A stretch of DNA of 64,000 bases from assembly GCA_937894115.1 (NCBI GenBank), contig CALBFP010000001.1:14245-78244 (forward strand), written 5' to 3'. Both the position numbers and the translations under genes were made by a program. Numbering within the stretch: position 1 is the stretch's first letter; each line of letters opens with the position of its first letter. Below the pieces are notes generated by a model, which was not told the DNA's origin, did not search any database, and saw only the letters and a list, made by a program, of their open reading frames with translations. The DNA is from an uncultured euryarchaeote. Lineage in GTDB: Archaea; Thermoplasmatota; Poseidoniia; Poseidoniales; Poseidoniaceae. Positions 19,369-30,048 of the stretch are shown piece after piece.

Positions 19369-20979
19369 ATGAGCGATACGACCATCCTTGATGAGACGGA
19401 CCGTACGACAGGTCGCGACGCTCTTCGAAAAAACATTCAGGCTGCAATCGCTCTTGCTGGAGCGGTTCGCTCAACACTGGGGCCAAAAGGCTTGGATAAG
19501 CTGCTCGTCGATGACGAAGGACGAAGCATGGTCACAAACGACGGCATCACCGTACTCGAATCTGCGAAAGTGGAACACCCGATTGCTCACATGCTTATCG
19601 CTTCCAGTGCCGCACAAGATCAAAGCGTTCGAGACGGGACAACAACAACGGTTTTGCTCGCCTCGGAATGGTTGCAGAATGCGTGGCACCTTGTTGTACA
19701 GGGCGTCCATCCAGCAACAATCGCTCGCGGCTTCCGCATGGCTGAATCGTTTTGCAAAGAACACCTGGATGATCTCAGTTTTGAAGCAACCAAGAACGAC
19801 ATTGAAGCTGCAACAATGACCTCGTTGTCGGGGAAACTTCACCAAAAAATACAGTCGATCATTTCAGCATGTGCTGTCGAAGCGGCGGATGCGGTTGCTA
19901 TGGAATCGAACGGTGCGTTTGTTGCCGATCCAACACGGGTCAAAGTCATCACTCGTAGTGGACCGGCGGTTGAAGATTCAAAACTCATCACAGGACTGGC
20001 ACTTCCAAAGAAGCGAGCACATGTTGAAATGCCTTCCTCTTTACCACCTGGCAACATTCTCCTCGTCGATGGTGGTCTCGAACTTCGCTCATTGTCAACG
20101 GACGTTCAACTCAATGTGACATCGACGAGCGCTTTGAAATCTTTTCAAGATGCAGAGCAGCAACGTCTTCTTGACCAAGTGAAGATGCTTGTTGATCTTG
20201 AAATCAAACTTCTTGCTTGTCGAGAGGGTATTGATGACAGCATGCATGCTCATCTTGCAGATGCCGGAATCAAAGCATTTCGCAGGGTTGCAAAAAGCGA
20301 CTTGGAGTTGCTTGCTCGTGGCTGTGGCGCTCGTCTGGTGCCAACAATCCATCAAGCCAAGCAAGCAGATGTTGGAGTCTTTATCTCCAGCAGATGTGAA
20401 CGATGGGGTGATGTCGATCATTGGATACTCGAAACGGATGAAGGTGGTGCAACCTTTGTCGCTTCAGGTAGTACCGATGCCGTGGTTGGTGAGGTTGAAC
20501 GTTGCTTTGCTGATGCACTTGGTGTTGCGTGTCGATTGAAGGAACATCCGAAATTGATTCCTGGCGGTGGTGCAACGTACATTGCCCTCGCTCGTCGATT
20601 GCGACGCTACGCTGAGACGGTCCCTGGCCGTGAACAATTGGCCATAGAAGCGTTTGCTGATGGGCTCGAATCCATTCCACGCATTCTCGCTGAAAATGCT
20701 GGCATGGACCCCATCGATACACTGCTCCAAATCGTATCCATTCAAACGAAAGACGAGGATGATACGATCGGTCTGAATGCAATCACAAGGCAGCCTGAAA
20801 ACATGCGGACATCGCGTGTTGTCGAACCTGTTCGCGTCCTTGAACAGGCAATTTGCGGAGCAAATGAGGCAACAATCGCAATACTGCGCATAGACGATGT
20901 CCTGTGGGCAAAGCAAGAAATCGGCGTACCCGATGATGTTCAAGCCAATCTTGATGGTACTGCTCCAGATCGTCGATAA
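19369..20979 (+). CDS. ths: Thermosome / group II chaperonin subunit
   Basis: [26 protein letters not shown] and a C-terminal I-P-G-G-G-A equatorial domain. Confidence 0.9.
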   Translation: MSDTTILDETDRTTGRDALRKNIQAAIALAGAVRSTLGPKGLDKLLVDDEGRSMVTNDGITVLESAKVEHPIAHMLIASSAAQDQSVRDGTTTTVLLASEWLQNAWHLVVQGVHPATIARGFRMAESFCKEHLDDLSFEATKNDIEAATMTSLSGKLHQKIQSIISACAVEAADAVAMESNGAFVADPTRVKVITRSGPAVEDSKLITGLALPKKRAHVEMPSSLPPGNILLVDGGLELRSLSTDVQLNVTSTSALKSFQDAEQQRLLDQVKMLVDLEIKLLACREGIDDSMHAHLADAGIKAFRRVAKSDLELLARGCGARLVPTIHQAKQADVGVFISSRCERWGDVDHWILETDEGGATFVASGSTDAVVGEVERCFADALGVACRLKEHPKLIPGGGATYIALARRLRRYAETVPGREQLAIEAFADGLESIPRILAENAGMDPIDTLLQIVSIQTKDEDDTIGLNAITRQPENMRTSRVVEPVRVLEQAICGANEATIAILRIDDVLWAKQEIGVPDDVQANLDGTAPDRR

Positions 20980-21012
20980 GTGTTCATTTTCTGGATTCTT
21001 TAAGAACCAGCC

Positions 21013-21022
21013 TATAAATATA
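21013..21022 (+). promoter_or_regulatory. TATA-box-like element upstream of the HMG-CoA synthase gene
   Basis: TATAAATATA sits about 20-30 nt upstream of the ATG at 21042, suggesting a near-leaderless archaeal promoter. Confidence 0.4.
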
Positions 21023-21041
21023 CAAAAATCGCCGGGGGGTT

Positions 21042-22598
21042 ATGACCAACGTTGGTATCGACGACGTAGCGATTCATTTTCCTCGTCTCTACATGGACAT
21101 GAGAGACTTCGCAGAAATGCGCGGTGCCGACTATGGAAAACTGAACAAGGGCCTCGGTCTCAAGGCCATGGCCATCCCTGATGTGCACGAAGATACAGCA
21201 ACGATGGGAGCCATGGCTGTGATGCGTCTTATTGACCGAAACGGTATCGATCCTCGAGACATCGGTCGCATGTATCTCGGCACCGAATCCGCCTTGGATG
21301 GAGCAAAGCCAACTGCGACATACATCCTTGATATGCTAACACAGCGTTATCAAGTTCGTTTTGGGGAAGACTGCTTTCGCAACTGCGATGTCGTTGATAT
21401 GACCTTTGCTTGCATCGGTGCAGTCGACGCACTCCACACAACGCTTGACTGGGCTGCTCGCTCGACTGAGGACGACAACCGAATCGGAATTGTTATTTTC
21501 TCTGACAACGCAAAGTACGACCTTGAATCAAGCGGTGAATACACCCAAGGTGCAGGTGGAGGGGCCCTTCTCATCACGCAAAATCCCCGTCTCCTCGAAA
21601 TTCCAGATTGTTGGGGCGTATCAACTACGCCTGTGCACGATTTTTTCAAGCCTCGACGAAACGTCAGCATTCGCTCCGTCATCTCCAACGTTATGACGCT
21701 CGCTCAAGAAACAGGTCAATCGCTCAAGAAAGGAATCGTTGAACGCATGGTCAAGCATCTACCTGAATCGACCGTACGCCGCCTCGGAATCTTTGCCCAT
21801 GGTGAAGAATCGGTGAGTGTTCACCGAGATGAACCCGTTTTTGATGGACAGTTCTCCAACCGGTGTTACCAACAGGCTGTTCGACAAGCTTTCCATAATT
21901 TTAGTCAGCGAGCAGTAAAACAAAAACGCTGGGATCCTGAACTCGATACTCAATTTACTGAGCAATGGTCTCGCATCATTATGCATCTCCCCTACGCTTT
22001 CCAAGCGAAACGCATGTTCCCTGACGTATTTCGACATGACCGAATGAACACACCGATGTGGCCAGGGGTGGTTGAACAAATCGGTGAACTGCCTGAAAAG
22101 CCTGAAACGGACGACCCCGAAGAAGTGATGGCATGGGACAAGGACATGGATCGATATCGAAGAGCCATTTCAAAAACTCCGGAATACATGGAGTTTCACA
22201 AGGAGCGTATCGAAAAAGGACAACGCGCTTCAAGCCTTATTGGAAATCAATACACAGGATCGATTTTCCTCGCTTTGATGTCCACCTTCGAATCCGATCT
22301 TGAGGACAATTCCAAACTTGAAGGAGAATTGTTCGGCCTTTGTGGATACGGTTCTGGGGCCAAAGCCAAGGTGTTCGAAGGCCGAGTTGCCCCGAAATGG
22401 CGGGAAGTTGTTGCGCGTTGGCAGTTGTTTGAGCGACTTGCTGGACGCGTCGCAATCGATCAAATCACCTATGAAAATCTCCACAAGGGATTGCAAGAAA
22501 ACAGTGTTGTCTCACCACGTGGCGAATTTGCACTTGTCGAAATTGGTGAAGATGGAGCCAATGAAGGGGCGAGAACTTACAAGTGGATTTCTCAGTAA
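21042..22598 (+). CDS. mvaS: Hydroxymethylglutaryl-CoA synthase, long bacterial/eukaryote-like type
   Basis: N-terminal G-I-D-D-V-A-I-H-F-P-R-L-Y-M-D-M-R-D-F-A-E-M-R-G-A-D-Y-G-K-L-N-K-G-L-G parallels MvaS. Candidate catalytic Cys in M-T-F-A-C-I-G-A. TATAAATATA sits about 25 nt upstream. Confidence 0.8.
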   Translation: MTNVGIDDVAIHFPRLYMDMRDFAEMRGADYGKLNKGLGLKAMAIPDVHEDTATMGAMAVMRLIDRNGIDPRDIGRMYLGTESALDGAKPTATYILDMLTQRYQVRFGEDCFRNCDVVDMTFACIGAVDALHTTLDWAARSTEDDNRIGIVIFSDNAKYDLESSGEYTQGAGGGALLITQNPRLLEIPDCWGVSTTPVHDFFKPRRNVSIRSVISNVMTLAQETGQSLKKGIVERMVKHLPESTVRRLGIFAHGEESVSVHRDEPVFDGQFSNRCYQQAVRQAFHNFSQRAVKQKRWDPELDTQFTEQWSRIIMHLPYAFQAKRMFPDVFRHDRMNTPMWPGVVEQIGELPEKPETDDPEEVMAWDKDMDRYRRAISKTPEYMEFHKERIEKGQRASSLIGNQYTGSIFLALMSTFESDLEDNSKLEGELFGLCGYGSGAKAKVFEGRVAPKWREVVARWQLFERLAGRVAIDQITYENLHKGLQENSVVSPRGEFALVEIGEDGANEGARTYKWISQ

Positions 22599-22627
22599 TT
22601 ATCACGTTGTTTTGCGGATTGGACGTC

Positions 22628-23584
22628 CTACTTTTTTGCCATCCCATCAAGCATCGCTCTGACCATTTTCTGTAGATCAAATTCAGGAATCCAGTTCCAC
22701 TCTTGTTTTGCTACGGAACCATCCAATGAATCGGGCCATGAATCGGCGTATTTTTGGCGAACATCTGGAGAGAACTCGCATTGGAAACCGTCGACTTCCT
22801 TCGCAATTTCATCGGCCAGTTCTTGGGCAGTAAAGGAATAGCAATCAATGTTGTATCCTGCTCTTGAGGACCCAAGATTACCGCTTGGTGCATCCATCAA
22901 CATCAGCGTTGCTCGAATTGCATCGTCCATGTACAGCATCGGTAGTCGAGTATCAGGTCGAACAAAACAGTTGTAGTACCCCTCGTTGATTGCAGCATCG
23001 AAAATCTCCACCGCATAATCGGTCGTGCCACCACCCGCTGGCGCCTTGTACGAGATAAGGCCAGGATATCGAATGCCGCGGGTGTCGACAGCATACTTCT
23101 GAAAATACTCTTGAGCAAGTGATTCACCAGTGACTTTGGTCTCGCCGTACACGGTTGTTGGGTTGAAATCGGTTGTCTGAGGCGCATGTTTTGGTGCATC
23201 AGGGCCAAACACCGCAATCGATGAGGGTGAGAACACGCGCAACGAACACTGCCGTGCAGCCTCCAAGACAGATTTCGTCCCTCCAACATTGACTTGACGA
23301 CACAAATCCGGATTTTGTTCACCTGTTGCCGAAAGCAGTGCAGCGAGGTGATATACCGTACCGACTGCTTCTTGCTTGCACAGCTCAATCATGGACTCGG
23401 TATCCAAAACGTCAAGCACGACATACGGTCCTTGCTCGTTGGATGTTTGTTGTGGTTCAGGACGAATGTCGGAAGCGATCACAGAAGAAGACCCGTGTTT
23501 TTGCCTCAAAGCCTCAACAAGTTCTGTTCCGATTTGCCCCAACGCTCCTGTGACCAGAATCCTATCCCCGCTGGGTTCCGACAT
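22628..23584 (-). CDS. tdh: L-threonine 3-dehydrogenase, extended-SDR (NAD-dependent epimerase-like) type
   Basis: I-L-V-T-G-A-L-G-Q-I-G. Y-x-x-x-K in T-V-Y-G-E-T-K. G-G-G-T-T-D-Y-A-V-E-I-F and a C-terminus colinear with SDR-type TDHs. Confidence 0.8.
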   Translation of the reverse strand: MSEPSGDRILVTGALGQIGTELVEALRQKHGSSSVIASDIRPEPQQTSNEQGPYVVLDVLDTESMIELCKQEAVGTVYHLAALLSATGEQNPDLCRQVNVGGTKSVLEAARQCSLRVFSPSSIAVFGPDAPKHAPQTTDFNPTTVYGETKVTGESLAQEYFQKYAVDTRGIRYPGLISYKAPAGGGTTDYAVEIFDAAINEGYYNCFVRPDTRLPMLYMDDAIRATLMLMDAPSGNLGSSRAGYNIDCYSFTAQELADEIAKEVDGFQCEFSPDVRQKYADSWPDSLDGSVAKQEWNWIPEFDLQKMVRAMLDGMAKK

Positions 23585-23647
23585 GAACTACGCTAATTCC
23601 GACGATACTTGAAATTAAAGCACCAACAAAGTCAATCGCCATAGCCA

Positions 23648-25315
23648 ATGTTGATATGGTATGCGCGACGGCTAGAAACCCCGTTGATAGGCTTGAGGTA
23701 CGTGATTGTCAGCGGGGGGGTCCTCAGTGGACTGGGCAAAGGTGTTACTGCGAGTAGCATCGGTGTTTTGCTCAAGAGCGCTGGACTGCGGGTCACGTCG
23801 ATCAAAATTGACCCATATCTTAACAGCGATGCGGGAACGATGAGCCCCTTTGAACACGGTGAGGTCTTTGTCCTCGATGACGGTGGTGAGGTCGACCTTG
23901 ACCTCGGCAATTACGAACGATTTCTCGATTTGAACCTCGCTCGAGACAACAATCTTACTACAGGTAAAGTCTACACGAAAGTCCTTGAAGCCGAACGACG
24001 AGGGGATTACCTTGGCAAAACCGTACAAGTTATTCCACACATAACCGATGCGATTCAAGACTGGATCATTGATGTCGCACAACGACCAGCGGACGGGAGT
24101 CAAGAAAGTCCAGACGTTTGCATCATCGAGCTTGGGGGGACGGTTGGTGATATTGAGAGTGCACCCTACCTCGAAGCTCTGCGTCAGTTCCAATTCCGTG
24201 TTGGACGTGAAAACGTCACTTTTGTTCACGTGTCACTGGTACCGGTGATGGGCCCTGTTGGGGAACAAAAAACAAAGCCAACGCAACATACGGTCAAGGA
24301 GTTGATGGGTCTTGGGATCACACCGGATGTTTTGGTGTGTCGTTCAAGCAAACCTCTCAATGAAGAAACCCGAGAAAAACTTGCTGCATTCTGTCACGTT
24401 CATCCACAAGCGGTCTTTTCTACGCATGATGTACCGAACGTCTATCACGTGCCCTTGATGCTTGAAAAGCAAGGTTTCTGCAAGATATTGGACATTGATT
24501 GCACGAAAACAGGAATCCTAGAAGATTGGAAAAAGATGGCATACAGGCTTGATGAATTAACCGAAGACGTTCACATTGCCATGGTTGGAAAGTACACGGG
24601 CCTCTCGGATGCATACCTTTCCGTCATCAAATCGTTGCAGCACGCAGCACTTGCCGTTGGACGCAGATTAACCATCGATTGGATTGAAGCAAGTGATTTG
24701 CTGGATTCCAACAATTCTGATGCATGGGGTGTGCTCCGAAAAGCGAACGGAGTTCTGGTACCAGGTGGGTTTGGAATCCGAGGAATTGAGGGGAAAATAC
24801 TCGCAGCGCAACACGCTCGCGAAAACAACGTTCCCTATCTCGGGATTTGTCTTGGTTTGCAGGTTGCTACCATTGAATTCTGTCGTAACGTTCTCGGCAT
24901 CAAAGATGCAACATCCACCGAATTCGATGCGGATGCAGCCAATCCTGCAGTCATCTTCATGCCAGAAATCTCAAAGACACACCTTGGTGGAACAATGCGT
25001 CTTGGTTCTCGACCAACGCTCTTCCAAGTCGATGATTGTGTCACTAAGCGCTTGTACGGTGGACTCGAATCAATCGATGAACGTCACCGACATCGCTACG
25101 AAATCAATCCAGATCTCGTTGACCAGATTGAGGCGGCAGGACTCAAATTTGTTGGAAAAGATGAAAGCGGACAACGATGTGAGATTTTCGAACTTGAAGG
25201 ACATCCCTATTACGTCGGAGTTCAATACCATCCTGAGTTCAAGTCACGTCCAGGTCGTCCCAGTCCACCGTTCCTTGGCTTGCTGCTCGCCTCAAGCGGT
25301 CAAGCGCTACCTTAA
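23648..25315 (+). CDS. pyrG: CTP synthase
   Basis: [15 protein letters not shown], and a glutamine amidotransferase domain with G-I-C-L-G-L-Q and H-P-E-F. The true start may be the TTG at about 23693. Confidence 0.93.
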   Translation: MLIWYARRLETPLIGLRYVIVSGGVLSGLGKGVTASSIGVLLKSAGLRVTSIKIDPYLNSDAGTMSPFEHGEVFVLDDGGEVDLDLGNYERFLDLNLARDNNLTTGKVYTKVLEAERRGDYLGKTVQVIPHITDAIQDWIIDVAQRPADGSQESPDVCIIELGGTVGDIESAPYLEALRQFQFRVGRENVTFVHVSLVPVMGPVGEQKTKPTQHTVKELMGLGITPDVLVCRSSKPLNEETREKLAAFCHVHPQAVFSTHDVPNVYHVPLMLEKQGFCKILDIDCTKTGILEDWKKMAYRLDELTEDVHIAMVGKYTGLSDAYLSVIKSLQHAALAVGRRLTIDWIEASDLLDSNNSDAWGVLRKANGVLVPGGFGIRGIEGKILAAQHARENNVPYLGICLGLQVATIEFCRNVLGIKDATSTEFDADAANPAVIFMPEISKTHLGGTMRLGSRPTLFQVDDCVTKRLYGGLESIDERHRHRYEINPDLVDQIEAAGLKFVGKDESGQRCEIFELEGHPYYVGVQYHPEFKSRPGRPSPPFLGLLLASSGQALP

Positions 25316-26448
25316 GCATCCAACACGCGAATGACACGTGTGGTTCGATAGCCTTGAAGCAGTTTTACGAAGCGTCGTTGTTGAAACTCCTCGTCGAGTG
25401 AAACGTCGCCGGTATCGATTCGAACACTGGAAAGACCAAGCAGTTTTGATGGTGTGGCAACACCTAAAATCGAATCCAAGCCTATTGCTCTCAAGACTTC
25501 GGGTGAGAGTTGGAGGTTGCCTCGGCCGATAAGGAAACCTTGACCTCCCATTGGCGAGAGAAGAAGCAAACGAGGGCCTTCATAGGTTGCAAGATGATCG
25601 AGCAAGGTGGATTCATTGAGGTCCTGATAAACGGTACCTTTGTGTTGAATATCAATACCAAGAAGCGTTAATTCAAGACCAAGATGCTCACCCATTCTTC
25701 GAAGTGTACCGCCGCTCCCCCACACGACCATCAATTCGGGGTCGTTTTCAACAAGGTTCCCAATGTGATTTGCAAGGCCTTCAATGGTCTCTGCTTCGCT
25801 TGCTCGCTCTACTTGTTCTTTGGCTCCCTGCATGAAGCGTGGACTCGACGGCGTCCATGCCTCTCCATACATGCGGACCTTCCAATCTCCTTGTTGGTAT
25901 CTCTCTTCATCCAAATCCATGACTTCGGTAATGGCAACCATCAAATCGCCTTGAAGAAAGGACAGAAGAACTTCAGCAGCAGCATTTGGCGTGGTAGCAA
26001 AACAACCTGAGTGCATTTTGACACCTGCTGGGACACCGATTAGCGGTGTTTCATTTCCATCGAGAGCATTGACAATGTCTCGCGTCGTGCCATCACCTCC
26101 TGCATACAAGATTGCGTCAACATCCGAGGAAATCAAATCCCGAACAAGAGCTGCAGTATCCTCTGCGGTTGATTCCGATGGGGACGATTGACGTTCTTCG
26201 ATCTCCACACCCTCCAACCAATCGCTTCCCATCCTTCCCGTCCACACCACAAAGGTTGGGTTGACCCCAGTTCGATTGAGGCTTGATTTTTGCAGATCAA
26301 TAAATCTCGTAATGCATTGTTGCATACGTGGACCTGCCCGGTCTACAGCACCTGCTGCGCGGGCTTCTTTTGCCCGACCGTCGCTGCCTTTGAATCCCAA
26401 TCGACCTCCCAAGCCTGCATCAGGATTGACGACAATACCTATCCGCAT
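25312..26448 (-). CDS. ATP-NAD kinase / AcoX-like kinase family protein
   Basis: [15 protein letters not shown], the GGDGT motif. 378 aa, longer than canonical NadK. Confidence 0.65.
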   Translation of the reverse strand: MRIGIVVNPDAGLGGRLGFKGSDGRAKEARAAGAVDRAGPRMQQCITRFIDLQKSSLNRTGVNPTFVVWTGRMGSDWLEGVEIEERQSSPSESTAEDTAALVRDLISSDVDAILYAGGDGTTRDIVNALDGNETPLIGVPAGVKMHSGCFATTPNAAAEVLLSFLQGDLMVAITEVMDLDEERYQQGDWKVRMYGEAWTPSSPRFMQGAKEQVERASEAETIEGLANHIGNLVENDPELMVVWGSGGTLRRMGEHLGLELTLLGIDIQHKGTVYQDLNESTLLDHLATYEGPRLLLLSPMGGQGFLIGRGNLQLSPEVLRAIGLDSILGVATPSKLLGLSSVRIDTGDVSLDEEFQQRRFVKLLQGYRTTRVIRVLDA

Positions 26449-26462
26449 GGTTGGGCTAGAAT

Positions 26463-27509
26463 CTACTCATTTTCAATGGTTGCTTCCTTGTCTATCCAAC
26501 CAACATCGGTTATCTTGAGCGAAGGCTGGATGGTATAATTGATGCGAACTGCTAGACTTGTGATGATCCAAGCCAAAAGGATGCCAGCAGCAATATCAAT
26601 CAACCAATGGATTGCCAAATAAACGGTACTGAGCGTCACCAAACTGGCAAAGATCGCTGAGAAATGACCGGCTCTTTTGTACCCTGTCTTCCAAAACAAG
26701 AAGGGTAATGCCCACGCAAATGCATTGTGAAGCGAAGGAAAACAGTTGTTGATTGAAGCAATCGCATGAATATAGCCCGATGTATCATCGCAATTTGTGT
26801 ACAGTATTCCACTCGCCTCGTTGTAACTGTACAAATCGCAATGCAAGCTGCTTGTAACCCAAACCTCATTGACAGGTGCGAAGAGATAGAACGGAAGCGC
26901 TGCGAGATATACACCGCACCATGTGAAAGTGAACTTTTTGACCATCTCAGTGTTGTTGCTGATGGAGAATCCGAAGATGCAGCATACGTGCATGAGCGCA
27001 TACAATCCAACGTAAACCGTAACCATAGCAGTGTCCATCCAAGCAGATCGCAATCGCTCCTGGATGTCTGGAACGATGTTTCCTTCAATTGAATACACAA
27101 GGGGCGTCAAGTCGTATCCCAACCATTCGTTGAAAGGAACATCAAAGACGTTCTCAATGCGCATCAAGAGCATTACAAGCCCAGTGATGATCAGATAAGG
27201 TGCATGGCGATGGAGGTTGTGAAGGATCCTTCGGAGGCGGGGGTGGTCTTTGACCAATCGATCCAATGGATTGAACAAAAGTTCGAAGAGAATGGGTGTC
27301 GTTAGCATAATTGTGTATGCTTTAGTGACGGGGTCTCTGAACCCCATCAGTCGAAACGTGCGGCTTAGATCGCCTTGAGTCAACGCACCAACAAACAAGA
27401 GGGCCATCATACCCAGCAGGAGGAAAACGCCGTTGTAAGATACTGGTGGCACCGAGGAATCCACCTCTTGAGAGGTGCCGCGTTCAACGGTTGTGTTTTC
27501 TTGCTCCAT
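26463..27509 (-). CDS. Polytopic membrane protein with PAP2/sphingomyelin-synthase-like motifs, paralogue of the N-terminal part of 148-2238
   Basis: C-F-P-S-L-H-N-A and I-H-W-L-I-D-I-A-A-G. Blocks G-Y-D-L-T-P-L-V-Y-S-I-E-G-N and L-A-A-L-P-F-Y-L-F align with the first ORF. Confidence 0.6.
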   Translation of the reverse strand: MEQENTTVERGTSQEVDSSVPPVSYNGVFLLLGMMALLFVGALTQGDLSRTFRLMGFRDPVTKAYTIMLTTPILFELLFNPLDRLVKDHPRLRRILHNLHRHAPYLIITGLVMLLMRIENVFDVPFNEWLGYDLTPLVYSIEGNIVPDIQERLRSAWMDTAMVTVYVGLYALMHVCCIFGFSISNNTEMVKKFTFTWCGVYLAALPFYLFAPVNEVWVTSSLHCDLYSYNEASGILYTNCDDTSGYIHAIASINNCFPSLHNAFAWALPFLFWKTGYKRAGHFSAIFASLVTLSTVYLAIHWLIDIAAGILLAWIITSLAVRINYTIQPSLKITDVGWIDKEATIENE

Positions 27510-27612
27510 TCTGGTTCAGGCTTTAGGATGATGGCTATATGTTTCATGGTCTAATTCTAGACTTGCAACCAATTTACCGATGATTTCAAGTCGGTGACAA
27601 GGATGGGAGATT

Positions 27613-27909
27613 ATGGTCAAAAGGACGGTGCCAGACAAAATTAATCTCGATGAACTCATGAAAGAAAGCATGAAAGAAATGGGAAAAGGCGAGGCAACAG
27701 GGCCCACTGAAATTGAAAAGAAGGTTGCTGATAAACCGCAACCTGAGCAAACGAAACCGCAATTTGGGTTCAAACTCGGCCAAGTAAAAACACCGGACTC
27801 TTTTGTTGTCGCTCCTAAGGAAGAGAAGCCAAAACAAGAAGTCAAACAACAGGTCATTCTTGAACGACCGTCGCAAGGATTGGATGACGACATCGTTGTC
27901 GATTGGTAA
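27613..27909 (+). CDS. Hypothetical small Lys/Glu-rich protein
   Basis: 98-aa ORF between the divergent PAP2-like gene and thrS. Low-complexity K/E/P-rich. Could also be non-coding leader. Confidence 0.3.
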   Translation: MVKRTVPDKINLDELMKESMKEMGKGEATGPTEIEKKVADKPQPEQTKPQFGFKLGQVKTPDSFVVAPKEEKPKQEVKQQVILERPSQGLDDDIVVDW

Positions 27910-27965
27910 ATTCGAGCGTCGCATTCATGAACAGGACCGTCGAGGCTTGGACAGGAGGCAGCCCC

Positions 27966-29993
27966 ATGTCGATGGTCAACATCACTCTTCCAGATGGAAC
28001 AATCAACGAATACGCAGCAGGTGTTACTGCTGGCGAAGTCGTCATTGATGCCTTGGGAAAGAAGCATGGCTGTCTCGCAGCACGTGTCAACGCTGTCCAA
28101 TGCGACTTTTCTACCCCGATTACCGACGACTGCAGCATCGAAGGTATTTCTGCTCAGAGCGATGAAGGCATGTACATTCTTCGCCACAGCGCAGCTCATC
28201 TCTTGGCGCAAGCCATGTCGGAACTCTACCCCGATGCGAAACCAACCATCGGACCTCCAGTCGACAGAGGATTCTACTACGATTTTGCCATGGAACCGAT
28301 TGGCGAAAGTGACTTGAAACCAATCGAAAAGAAAATGAATGAGATCGCACGACGCAATCTCGCCATCGAACGCATTGAGTTGGATGATAAGGAACTTCGA
28401 GAGCATTTTACATCAAATCCCTACAAGATTGAGATTATTGAAGACAAATTGGAAGTCGGTGAAGGATCGACGATTTACAAACAAGGTGAATGGTACGACC
28501 TTTGTCTTGGTCCGCACGTTGCGAGTACTGCGAAACTGATGTTCTGCAGACTGACATCCGTTTCTTCTGCGTATTGGCGCGGTGACCAGTCGCGTGAGCA
28601 GTTGGTACGAATTTACGGTATTGTTGAACCAACCAAAGAATCTCTTAAGGCAACCTTGAATCGAATGGAGCAAGCAAAACTTCGTGATCACAGGAAACTT
28701 GGCAAGGACTTGCAATTGTTTCATGTGGATGAAGAGGTTGGTCAAGGTTTGATCCTGTGGACGCCTCGAGGAGCAATTGTCCGCCAACAATTGCAAGATT
28801 TCATCTCAGAACACCTTCGCAGACAAGGCTACGATCAAGTGTTTACGCCACACATTGGAAAACTCGATTTGTATCGAACCTCGGGCCACTTTCCCTATTA
28901 TCAAGACAGTCAGTACCCACCTCTTGTTGAACGCGATTTGATGAAGAAACTCGCCGATGAAGGGTGCTCATGTTCAGAGTTGTCAAACATGATGAGCACT
29001 GGCGACATTGACGGTTACATGCTGAAACCAATGAACTGCCCGCATCACGTCAAAATTTACGCATCTCAAGCAAGATCGTATCGCGATTTACCACTGCGTC
29101 TTGCCGAATTTGGTACCGTTTATCGTTGGGAGCAATCCGGCGAAATATCGGGTATGACTCGGGTTCGTGGATTCACACAAGACGATGCGCACCTGTTTGT
29201 GACCGAAGAGCAAATTGGTGAAGAGGTCATGGGCTGCATCGAGTTGGTTCAAACCATTTTCAGCGTTCTAGGAATGCACGATTATCGTGTTCGTGTTGGA
29301 CTTCGCGACCCGAACAGCGACAAATATGTCGGTGATTCGAAACGCTGGGATTTGGCCGAAGAGGCGTGTCGTTCCGCCGCTGCGAAACTTGGTGTCAATT
29401 GGTCTGAAGAAGAAGGCGAAGCTGCATTCTATGGCCCGAAAATTGACTTCGTTGTAAAGGACGTTATTGGACGAGAATGGCAACTGGGAACGGTCCAAGT
29501 GGACTACAACCTACCAGAACGATTCGATTTGTGGTACAAAGGAAGCGACGGTGAAAACCATCGTCCTGTCATGATTCACCGAGCACCTTTTGGATCCATG
29601 GAGCGTTTTTGTGGCGTCCTTATCGAACATTTTGCGGGAAAATTCCCCACGTGGTTGTCACCAACACAGGTTCACATTCTTACCATCTCAGAGAAGCACA
29701 AGCAGTATGCGGCTGATGTCGCCCAGCGATTGAAAGAACAGGGTGTCCGTGTCAAAGTCGACGATGGTGACGATACCATCGGAAAGAAAATTCGAACGCA
29801 TCGCAAAATGCGTCCCGCCTACATGATGATTCTCGGTGACGGTGAAATGAACAACAATTGCGTTTCTCTTCGCTCTCGGACAGGTGCTCAAGTTTCGGAT
29901 GTTCCGGTTGACCAATTCGTCCAAGATTTGGTTGCAGAAATCGAAACGAAGTTGGCGACACCCGAACTGGTTCCTGAGCCTGTAGAAAACTGA
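27966..29993 (+). CDS. thrS: Threonyl-tRNA synthetase (bacterial-type, with TGS and N2 editing domains)
   Basis: I-T-L-P-D-G-T TGS start, H-S-A-A-H-L-L-A, and class II motif 3 H-R-A-P-F-G-S-M-E-R-F. Confidence 0.95.
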   Translation: MSMVNITLPDGTINEYAAGVTAGEVVIDALGKKHGCLAARVNAVQCDFSTPITDDCSIEGISAQSDEGMYILRHSAAHLLAQAMSELYPDAKPTIGPPVDRGFYYDFAMEPIGESDLKPIEKKMNEIARRNLAIERIELDDKELREHFTSNPYKIEIIEDKLEVGEGSTIYKQGEWYDLCLGPHVASTAKLMFCRLTSVSSAYWRGDQSREQLVRIYGIVEPTKESLKATLNRMEQAKLRDHRKLGKDLQLFHVDEEVGQGLILWTPRGAIVRQQLQDFISEHLRRQGYDQVFTPHIGKLDLYRTSGHFPYYQDSQYPPLVERDLMKKLADEGCSCSELSNMMSTGDIDGYMLKPMNCPHHVKIYASQARSYRDLPLRLAEFGTVYRWEQSGEISGMTRVRGFTQDDAHLFVTEEQIGEEVMGCIELVQTIFSVLGMHDYRVRVGLRDPNSDKYVGDSKRWDLAEEACRSAAAKLGVNWSEEEGEAAFYGPKIDFVVKDVIGREWQLGTVQVDYNLPERFDLWYKGSDGENHRPVMIHRAPFGSMERFCGVLIEHFAGKFPTWLSPTQVHILTISEKHKQYAADVAQRLKEQGVRVKVDDGDDTIGKKIRTHRKMRPAYMMILGDGEMNNNCVSLRSRTGAQVSDVPVDQFVQDLVAEIETKLATPELVPEPVEN

Positions 29994-30048
29994 TGTTCTC
30001 TTCGACTCAATTCGCATTCCATAAAAGGAAGCAAGGTGTGGCAAACGC

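Noticed and set aside
20381-20943. Two overlapping minus-strand ORFs (133 and 159 aa), His/Gln-rich and Cys-rich
   Set aside because: They are antisense to the thermosome gene.
23672-24229. 185-aa minus-strand ORF
   Set aside because: It lies inside pyrG on the opposite strand. Spurious.
27516-28406. 296-aa minus-strand ORF
   Set aside because: It runs antisense to the well-supported N-terminus of thrS and has Cys/Ser-rich low-complexity composition. Spurious.
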